Shown: positions 54,314 through 64,000 of the stretch, in pieces
Numbering within the stretch: position 1 is the first letter of the stretch
Layout of the letters: the number at the start of each line of letters is the position of its first letter
Source of the DNA: Octopus vulgaris
Lineage: Eukaryota
DNA: 64,000 bases
NCBI GenBank assembly: GCA_951406725.2
Contig: OX597824.1
Span: forward strand, 51,460,001-51,524,000
Reading direction: 5' to 3'
Made by a program: the position numbers and the translations under genes
Notes under the pieces: model-generated
What the model saw: the letters and a program-made list of their open reading frames with translations, nothing else
Database searches by the model: none
Told to the model about the DNA's origin: nothing

Positions 54314-54319
54314 AGTCAT
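54314..54319 (-). CDS. FSIP1: Putative first coding exon end of FSIP1-like gene (ATG ACT|gtaagt)
   Basis: Consensus donor; phase 0 matches the 47151 acceptor. Lies ~55 bp downstream of an X-box. Confidence 0.45.
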
Positions 54320-54374
54320 AATGTTGAGTAACGACAAACAAAACTGACGGCTTGACGTTTAGCTGCACACAAAG

Positions 54375-54388
54375 GTTGCTATAGTAAC
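54375..54388. promoter_or_regulatory. RFX X-box
   Basis: GTTGCTATAGTAAC fits the GTTGCYATRGYAAC consensus. A second X-box-like palindrome, TTGTCATGACAA, lies at 54279-54290. Confidence 0.7.
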
Positions 54389-55424
54389 GCTTAATGCCAT
54401 ATCCACATTATAGTAGAGTTATTTCCTACACCGACAGTAGTTTCGTATGAAATTATTCTTCGTTCTATTTATTTCTCTTAAATTTCTTCTTTTTTTCCCA
54501 CATTTTCTGTTGATTTCGCATTCGCTGTTAAACAAGAAAAGTCATTGAGAAAGAGCGAGTAGAACATTCTCGCTGTTTTATTCTCCTTTTCATCTTCCCG
54601 TTCTCTTTCATCCTTTTTGTCTACGTTTTACTATTCTACTGCTTTCTTTATTTTCATATATATAACACATAAACATGTACATCTTTTAGAACATTGTTAT
54701 TTTATAAGATTTTGCTGGCAAATTCTTAAGTGAACATAAACATTTATTTACATGAAAAAAAATTACCGGAGAACTTTTTTCTGATACTTCTAAATATTTC
54801 TGTTAAAACTGTACTGAAACCATTCGTAAGGAAGAAAGAGAAAAGGAAAAAGTTCATTATTTCTTTTACGTCTTTTTCATTGTCTCATCTCACTCTCTCT
54901 GTCTCTTTCATTCCTCACTCTCATTTCTTCCCTTTTCATTGGGTTTTCGCTTCAGCTTCCCTATATATTACGCCTTTTTATCACTCTTTTCGCTCTCTTT
55001 CCTTATTTTCCATTCCTCTTTTTTCTTTCTATTTCGTTTTTCTCCCCATCATTTGTCTTTCAAAGACCTTGTACTAATTTCTTTCATTTGTTTTTAGATA
55101 TTCTTTCATTTGTTTCAGTCATTTTACTTTAGCCATGCTGGAGCACCGCCTTTAGTCGAAGAATTAGCGCCCCTAGGACTTATTCTTTGTAAGCCTAGTA
55201 CTTATTCTATCGGTAAATTTTGCCGAACCGCTAAGTTACGGAGACGTAAACACACGGTTGTCAAGCGCTGGGCGGTGGGGGGCAAACACAGGCACACACA
55301 CACATACATGCATATATATACATATATATATAATATACATATAATAATTATTTGATGGAATATAAATCCAAACTTACAGGGGAAAAAATTCAATTTAGAA
55401 ATACTAAATCAAATTTCACACAAT

Positions 55425-55760
55425 ATAATATATATATATAAAAAATTAGAAAAAAAACAACCTTTTATCAATTCAAAATGAACAATTAAATTACACCATC
55501 TAGAAAATTACGTATAATAGGAATATTAAAATTAAAATAACAATAAAATATCAATGATTAAGTAAATTGAAAAAAAATAATAAAACCAATTATATACGTT
55601 TTATTATTTTTTTGCAATTTACTTAATCATTGATATTTTATTGTTATTTTAATTTTAATATTTCTATTATATGTAATTTTCTAGATGGTGTAATTTAATT
55701 GTTCATTTTGAATTGATAAAAGGTTGGGTTTTTTTTCTAATTTTTTTATATAATATATAT
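55425..55760. repeat. Near-perfect AT-rich palindrome with ~160-bp arms
   Basis: The arms meet at a ~11-nt spacer (caattatatac) near 55592; nested within a family B SINE. Confidence 0.92.
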
Positions 55761-56779
55761 CATATATATTTTGTTAATACTAACCATTCTTTAAATAATA
55801 GTAACAGCGGGGTTATTGTTTCTGTAGCCAACTCGAATCGCATGGACACATAGTACGTAGGGATGTCCATTTGGTGGTCGTCCCTCTTATATGTATATAA
55901 TATAATTTTTCTGAATCTTCAGATTTTTCTATATGCTAGACCACTGGTTTTAAATTGATATTAATCAAATTAATATTCAATTTTCACCCTCATTATTTTA
56001 AATTATATATATATATATATATATATATACAACGGTCTTCTTTCAGTTTCCGTCTTCCAAATCCACTCACAAGGCTTGGGACGGCCCGAGGCTATAGTAG
56101 AAGGCATTTGCCCAAGGTACCACGCAGTGGGATCAGAACCCGGAACTATGTGGTTGGTAAGCAAGCTACTTGCTACACAGCCATAGATTAATTATTTTCT
56201 TTCGCTTCCTTAATTTTCTATCGGGCTAATGAGAAGAGAGCCAAATTGTCTCTGACTAAGTCACTAATATATCTCGAACATTAGGCATGGGTAATCTTTT
56301 TCGAGAATCAGGCCGCATCATTAGGTGGACCACACCATGAATGATATTGACGGTAATTTTTCGTTAGACATGCCATTTAGTAAGCCTCGCGGTTCGTAAG
56401 TTACTAATAACTGTCATAGATCCTCTCTCTTACTCTAAATTTGACATTAACCTTCCCCTCTCTTTTCTCCTCTATCATTGACTCTCTGCCCTTCTCTCCT
56501 CTATCTTTCTTCCTGAAAGAAGTTTAGAAATCAAGCCAGTTCGATTGCAGTTACTCTGGCCACAAAGATAAAATTCTGTAACCAATAACCAATTTGGTTA
56601 TTTTTAAAGCTAAATTTATATTTAATAAAAAAAAATAAGGAAAATAAGAAAAAGAAAAGCCTTTGCAGCTCCCATGTAGTAAGTTCCAATCACAAGACTT
56701 ATTAAATATATGCATTTGCCAAGATACTGTGCCATTAAGAGAAACCATATAGTTGCGAACTGAACTTGTTAACCAGACG

Positions 56780-58053
56780 CAGAGGCGTAGCAATGTTCTA
56801 AAGTTGGGGGTAACAAGCACATAAGAAAAGGCGCCGTGACACATACCTAACAATTTTCAACTCATTTTTCTTACATTACGCGAGATGTTTCATTAGTTAC
56901 AATACATATGTAGTGGATCTTGCAAGCATGAAGTGGATTCGATCCACCATAGTCAAATTTAAATTAACACTGCAACAGGACTTTTCCCACGGTGGAACAA
57001 TGGTTTTTCTCTGACAGCAGTTTTACATTTTCCAGATGCCTTTAGCTAGGCCGAAATAATGTCTTCACCACTTGACCCTTGACCTCTTCTACTTCATCAA
57101 AAGCTAGAATAGAGATAACAAGACCACCAACTAAATCTAGTGTTCTCAATGATATATCTATCCTTCTGTGTCGTTATAAAAGCAAGCACACCCCAAGCAA
57201 AAATCAGTTAGTCACAGTCGGTGACGACTCAACGAAGTCTGGCTGACCAGCTAGAACATTGGTCAGAGGGAGAAATGAAGTTTACTGTCAGCAACTGTGA
57301 GACAACGTCCCACAGCCTACAACTCTCACTAGCTCTAATTCTGTTCTCTTACAACATCATTCTATTTCTCTCTGTAACCACTAGTAAACAATGAAGAGAA
57401 CCCAAACACAAACTTTATTTAGTATACTTTTGGGTTTATCATAACCTGCCAGTCGAGGCAACGTATTGTAACGTATCGGTAAATACTTTCTTAAAACTTC
57501 ATGCATTGTTCATCTTTCACCTCCTACAGTATGCAATTATAACAACATATCTTTCATCGCTTACAACTGGTAACCTTTACCGTTACATATGTAAATGTAT
57601 TCCACATTCATTAATTTCATGTTTCAGTAAAAATGCCATTATGTATGAAACTTGCAACTACTCATATAGGTATAACGTGAAAAAGATGAAACTCTGCGGG
57701 ATCGTCTCAGTGTCGAGAGGTTATAAAGTCAAGGTTTGTTTTGATTCTTCAGATGTCAGCGGTCACCAACACATCACAGGAGACAGTTCGAAAACACAAG
57801 AGGTTGATCAAATAAAGTAATGACTCTAGAAAGTTCTTTCAGGGCCATACTATTAACAAAAAATTTGACTTTTATCGCACAATGGCGCCTTCTCAACATT
57901 TTATCGCACAATTGGCGCCTTAAATCCTTAAATCCTTAAAAATGTTTTAGCCTGAATAGTTTAAAAAATGTCGAGAAGGCGCCAATTTCGAAAAATGTGC
58001 TTGGAGGTAAAGGAGCCGTCGCTCTCCTTGCTCCCCTATTAGCTCCGCCACTG
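56780..58053. mobile_element. Non-autonomous hAT-like element
   Basis: Termini CAGAGGCGTAGC and GCTCCGCCACTG with subterminal GGCGCC motifs. The 8-bp flanks match at only 5 of 8 positions. Confidence 0.5.
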
Positions 58054-58111
58054 ACCTCACAGTTATGTGAAGTGCCGAGTTTAAAATATCTACATTTCCC
58101 ATGACAGGCAA

Positions 58112-58981
58112 AATAGGTGAGGGAGCAAAATGAGTTGCTTCTGATTTCTCGTTAATTTCTCCCTACCCATTTGAAATTATTATATTGCAAGAATTGTATC
58201 ATTATTTTGAACTGCTGCATCATCTTTAGGAATAAAAATGGGTCAGCATAGTTGTTGTTGAAGTTGAGAGGGTCCAAAACATAGTCAGGTGGAAGATCCT
58301 CTATTCTCAAAAAAACTTTTTCCTCAACTTTGATCCGATTGTAATTGAGGCTGCTAATAAACTATCAACAATCAATATTCTCTTCTCTGTTGGATTCTAA
58401 GTTAATTTTCCCCCACACTAATGTCTAGTTTGATAATCCTCAAGTTTCAAAACATGTCTAAAATGGGGCAAAATGAGTAATGTCTAATTTCAATAATTTC
58501 TTCTTTTTAATTGCATAATTAGTAAATATACAATGAAAGGGACATTTCGCCAGATCGTGAAGAAGCTATTGATATTATATGTTGAGTTCTATTTTTATTT
58601 AATCGAGTTTCGTTAATTTCATATCATGTACTATTTTTCCCCGACCCTCTTCCATTTGACCTTGATATTTAAAATTGCTTTTGCACTTCTGGTCTTTCTG
58701 ATGTCTAGGGATGGATATTGATGTATATGAGCCCGCTTTCTAGAGAACTCGAACGGTAAATTTACCTTATCTTGGCTTACTCATTTTGCCCCATCAAAAT
58801 TTGTCATTTATATCCTCCAAGAGAACGGCGATAATTTTCTGAAATAGAGATCAAATTATATCATAACGCTTTTAATGCATTTAGGAAAGGCATTCTGAAG
58901 GGTAGAGAACACTTGTAAGAAATATATTTTGTCTCAAAGTCAAAAATACAGTAAAAAACATCATTTGCACCCCTCCTCTAC
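58112..58981. mobile_element. Old MITE-like DNA element
   Basis: Inverted atggggcaaaatgagtaa (~58463) and ttactcattttgccccat (~58777), with related motifs at both outer ends. Confidence 0.45.
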
Positions 58982-59052
58982 TTAACTACTTTCTCGTCTC
59001 CAACTTTTATCTATTTCTTAATTACCATTATGACATACCATCACTGCTATCT

Positions 59053-59084
<32 letters not shown>

Positions 59085-60605
59085 TACCACGACTGTCATC
59101 ATGGATAACGAACATCTGTTTTCTAACATTCGCTGTGTAAGTTCCAACTCGCTAATCTTTATCAGTTCAATTGTATGTCTATATTTCCAATTAATTAATT
59201 AACTCGACGAAACAACAACTCAATGAATTAATAACGGTACTGAAGTGCAAAGCAACGTATGTGTAACATTTGCAAGTCTTCTTTCTTCTACTGCCGCTGC
59301 CACCACCCCACCACTATCATCATCATTGTCATCATCATCAAAAGCCCTGAAGAACATTACAATTATCATCACTACCGTCGCATAAAAATTACCATACCAC
59401 TATGGCCACCATCACCATTAACCTCATCGTCCCAACATCACCATAGCCACCGTCATCATCATTATTGCCATCACCATCATCATCACTCAGTCGCCATTAC
59501 TATCATCACAATCACCAACACCATCAGCACTGCCGTCTTCATCATAATCACCACTGTCACCAACATAATCATTACTACCATCACCATACTCAACCGAGAT
59601 TCTCATCCAACCAGATCAGAAACAAATAACCTCTACACTGGCCTTACCATTCCATCCGAACACATACGGAAAAATCACCGATTCTTCTTTCATGATTTTC
59701 TTTCTTTTGTTTTCAATTCTATAAATTCTTATTTCTGTTGGAAACAATATATTGGCCAAGCGGTTAGTGTACAGGATGGCTAACCAATTGGTTGATTGTT
59801 CGTGTTCCGTCACTGTTGTATGTGTGACTGGTTTACTTTGTGTTTGTTACAAAGACATTCTACACTTGATGGCCAAGTTCATCTCGAAGGTTTTAAGACA
59901 TGCTATATAATTCAGTGTGAGCAGCGGCTTCGTTATGTAAACTCATCACGTTACAAAGGTGAAGCGTCAATGTTGCAGGAATATTCAGCAATGACCCGAT
60001 GTCGCAATTCGCTGGAATTTTACCCACGTGATCAACAAAATCTGATCAGTCACGATTTCGAGTGGAAAGAATATTACCCACATGATAAACAAAATCTGAC
60101 CAATGACTACTTCACGCGGAATAGGCCTCATAGCCCCAGCACAAGTGGTGACATCTACATTTTGGCATGTTCAATTATTTAGAAAGCATTCAGGAATTTT
60201 CTGCAGAAATTAATTGATCCAGCCAAACGGTATTGCCGTTTCAAAAAGCATTGTATAATATACACTTTAAAAACCCACCAAATACTGATTTGAAGGGATT
60301 ATTTCCTCTCTCTTGAGCTAGAATTCATAACTGGTTTCAAGTTTCTTGTAGTGATGGTTCAGGCGTTCAATTCTTTTCAAATATTTTGTCAAATGATTTT
60401 TATGAACCAAATATGTTGAGAGTGATTTCCTTTCCGTTGATTTTTCGTAGATACAAATACTGAATACTGTCAACGCACGACGTTTTATGCGGTTGTGCAT
60501 TAACATGGAGGATGGCCTTCGTTTGTATCTTTTCGTCGCAAACAGTCGAAGACGTTCAAGGCGAAATATAATTGAATGAGTAGTTAATCTTTGAGATTAC
60601 TTCAA

Positions 60606-60662
<57 letters not shown>
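60606..60662. repeat. (TTA)n microsatellite
   Basis: Direct reading; abuts the 5' end of the Tx1-like element. Confidence 0.95.
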
Positions 60663-60663
<1 letters not shown>

Positions 60664-60881
60664 TTTCCGACGCCGATGGACGTACGTGAATCAGCTCTGT
60701 GAGTTTTGTGCCAATTTTATTGGAAATTTTTTAATAGGCTTGAGTATTTTTTAATATTTTTGTAGCCAAGCCGACCGGCTTCTTGCGGAGCTCGTCGGTT
60801 GGGCGAAAACTTTGCCCCTTCGGGGTGAAATTGCTATTTTTTATTTTGAAATTGACATTTTTGCACACACATATTTACAAA

Positions 60882-62740
60882 ATGGCTTTGAAACGAGCTG
60901 CTGGCTCTTCCCTCCTTCTTGCAACACCCCCTCCACAAGAACAAAAAAAAATAACGTCACGGGTTACGTACAACCCATTTCAAGCCGTAAAAGGCAACAA
61001 AGATCCTCCTTCCGAACCGGAGAGCACGCGCTCGGTTCAAAAGGAGAATGCATGCCAGGACGTCGCGTTCGACGTCACTCTTGATTTCCCCCCTCTGCCT
61101 TCAACAAGTGATGCTGTACCGAAGGGGAGGTAAAGAAAATTATAACAGACACAAACACAGACAAGAACCAACAAAAAACTGTAAAAGCTTCTAACGATTT
61201 TGCTTCTGCTGCGAAGCAAATTTCGGAAGATGTAGAAATTACAATGGAGGACATAAAAATGGCACAAGATTTGTTGAGAAAGGAGGGGAACAGTGTTTTC
61301 CTCAACACACCTCAACAACTCACACAAGAGACAAACAAAAGAACAATCTTTTATAAAGTCTTCGAAAAGAAAACTAAAAGATTGTTTAACGCCACACCAC
61401 AACAGTTGGAGATGGCTCTGAAGCCCATTTGGGGCCAGAAGAGCTATGTGACAAGAGGGAAGCGATTTGGAACCGTGGAGGTTCGCTTCCCAACAGAGGA
61501 GCTTGCAAGGGCGAACGCCATTTCGCCCTTGCAAAATGAACATTTGTTCCTCGTCCCGACGTACCTCGGGCGTAAGGTACAAAAAATAACTATAAGCACA
61601 ATACCCCCCGAACAGAAAATCTCATGGCTAGTGGCGGCTGTCCTCTATGGCATAGAGGACACTGCCACTATTCTGAATGTTCGGAGGGTACGAGAAAAGA
61701 ACTGGTCAGGCATGGGTATTCAACTGCTGGTACAGATCCAGCAGGAAAACATCAATGCCATACCTGACTTTGTCATCTTGCTGGATGGGACCAGGCTAAA
61801 TGTTATTGTAGAGGGGCGAAAGCCAAAATGTTTCCTCTGCAGTAGCGAAAGCCACCTAAAAAGGGACTGCCCCATTCAAAAAAAGAGAATGGAGGAGTAT
61901 AGCAAGAGGCAGCAGCAACAACAACAACAACAACAACACAAGCAACAACAACAGAAACAACAAAAACAGCAAGAAAAACCAAAGGCTGCCACACCACCAA
62001 CACCATCACCAACACCAGCACCAAGACGAACAACACCACCTCCAACAACAACAACCACCACCAAACCAACACCGACAACCACCACCAAACCAACACCGAC
62101 ACCAGTACCTCGAAGGTCGACAGCAGCGACATCAACAGTAACAGGAGCAGCGGCACCACCGATACCGGTGGAACCAGAAACTTTTCGTCCTGCTACTGAA
62201 GCAGACCCCTCAACCATTCCTTTGCCGGATGAAGAGTCGGATTGTGCGAGCTCTGATTCCAACAAAGGAGAATGGAGTATAGTGCCTCCAAAGAAGAAAA
62301 GGAGGAAGAAACAAAAGATTTACAGGGGAAGCACGAACAAATAGTGCTTCCCAACATCAACAACAACAACAACAACAACACACACTCACAACAACAAACA
62401 ACAACAACACTTTCGACACCACTACTGCCACTGCCACACACACAAACACACACAGACACAATTACATCAATAAACACAAAGAACCAAAAACTAGTGGAGT
62501 ACTTAAAAACAAAACTAGTACAAATATAACCGATTTCATCATACCAACACAAAACACACCACCAGCACACATTCTCACAATAAAAATAAATGCAAAAACA
62601 TATGATGAAATCAAACAAATATTCCCTAACGATGTGGGATCGCTAGGGAAAAGTTTCTCGAAGAAACTTTACAAAAACATTGTGGAAGCACCCGTGCAAA
62701 AGCACAAGGGAGCCACCCCCACCACCAACAACAGTAAGTA
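60882..62740 (+). pseudogene. ORF1 gag-like protein (RRM-like plus CCHC knuckle), frameshifted
   Basis: Main ORF 61244-62344 contains GTVEVRF and CFLCSSESHLKRDC, with a Q/T/P-rich tail. Confidence 0.85.
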
Positions 62741-62782
62741 GAGCCTTTTTTCTCCTTTTTTTTTCGCCCTAACTTTTGAAAC

Positions 62783-64000
62783 ATGGCAAATCTTAGAATC
62801 GGTTGCTTGAATGTGAGAGGCCTCGGGTCACCTTGGAAACAGGGTCACCTGTTAAACGACCTGAGGTTTCATGATGTGGATGTAGCAGCCATCAGTGAAA
62901 CCAGGCTCTCCGACCCGCAGGAACTCGCAGCCCTTTTCGGCGGATACGAGATATTTCTATCTCCGTGTCGGCCGGGAGCGGGCGGTGGTGGTACTGCGGT
63001 GTTGTTTCGGAAGGGCCTGGACCTGAAAATAAGGACAGTCTTCTTGGATCCGGAAGGTAAGTTGGTGGTCCTCGACGTGGACGGTAGTGACGGTGGTGCT
63101 TTCAGACTGCTGGCTGCCTACGCTCCGACAGGAGCAGGGCTGTCGGATTATTTCAAACGTCTGGAAGTTTTCCTGGGAATGTCACGCACTCTAGTACTTG
63201 TTGGGGATTGGAACGCTGTCTTAGACGAACGTTTCGATCGGGTGGGCAGGGGAGCGTCTGATAGGAGAGGGGGAGGGTGCAAGAGCCTCGCCAACCTACT
63301 CGGCCGCTTTCAGCTGTCCGACAGGTTTCGACTAGACAACCCGAATGTGCCAATGTGGACTTGGACAAACCGCATCGGGTCGTCTAGATCGTACTTAGAT
63401 AGAGTGTTTTGTAGGCCAGCGGATAAGGACAGCGTAGGGTGACCACAATTCCACCTAGTCGAATATACGGACCACAAATTAGTGATCTGTACGGTCGACT
63501 TAGATAGGCTACATAGACAGGGACCCGGCTACTGGAAGCTGAACGCGTCGTTAACGGCGTGCAAAGCTTACAGAGACCGGATTAGTTTACTAGTTAAGCG
63601 GGCGCTCACGGGGGCAATCATCAACAACAACTGGTGGTTTGCCCTCAAGAGAGCAATTAGAGTAGAGTCGATTAGGTATAGTAAGACTCTAGCTATTGAA
63701 CGTAGGAAGAGAGAGTGGGATTTAGTTAAGAAACTAGACGAGGCTCTTGACACTGGCATCGCGACCGACGTGTTGGCGGCAAGGTTGGCCCTCGACCAAC
63801 ACTTCGACGCCAAACACGAAGGCTGCGTTGTCAGAGCTAAGGCACGTTCGCTAAGCGGGGAGGGGACTAGAGCCGCTCGATGGGCCCGCGTGGCGGAGGC
63901 GAAGCGAGGCAACAGAGCAACCATTCGGTCTTTGGTGGACCAGAACGGGCGCGAGGTTACCCAACCGAAGCAGATGTGTACGGTGCTTCAGCGGCACTTT
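62783..64000 (+). pseudogene. ORF2 APE endonuclease and linker, with one premature stop at 63440
   Basis: IGCLNVRGL, ISETR, VGDWN, WTW and SYLDR, then YTDH and GPGYWKLN in the same frame after the TGA. Confidence 0.9.

Larger units (their letters stand above)
60663..64000 (+). mobile_element. Tx1/L1-like non-LTR retrotransposon with an apparently intact 5' end, running off the window
   Basis: 5' UTR, ORF1 and ORF2 are in canonical order; the sequence is CpG-rich, suggesting a relatively young copy. Confidence 0.93.

Noticed and set aside
59259-60506. ORFs of 174, 128 and 62 aa
   Set aside because: The first is a decayed CAT/CAC repeat; the others have no recognisable motifs or splice support.

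Overview
AT-rich, microsatellite-dense eukaryotic DNA, most likely an octopus genome (inferred from repeat composition). It contains one reconstructable host gene: a minus-strand FSIP1-like (fibrous sheath-interacting protein 1) gene of 11-12 phase-consistent exons spanning about 14033-54319 (~849 aa). The gene has RFX X-box motifs at its likely promoter and a ~28-aa tandem-repeat insert in its large exon. The rest is mobile DNA: Tx1/L1-like, RTE, Dong/R4-like and CR1-like LINE remnants, a full-length frameshifted mariner, maT and hAT fragments, a non-autonomous Helitron, MITEs and two tRNA-SINE families. The most notable signal is a set of Penelope/retrozyme-like insertions in (TA)n tracts that carry inverted repeats and minimal type I hammerhead ribozyme motifs. 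The best one is a 364-nt monomer at 44955-45590 with an apparently intact hammerhead bearing a compensatory U3-A8 core, plus sequence suggesting a circular or multimeric RNA template. Most ORFs in the track are microsatellite artefacts. All calls were made by eye with no database searches, and repeat boundaries are approximate.
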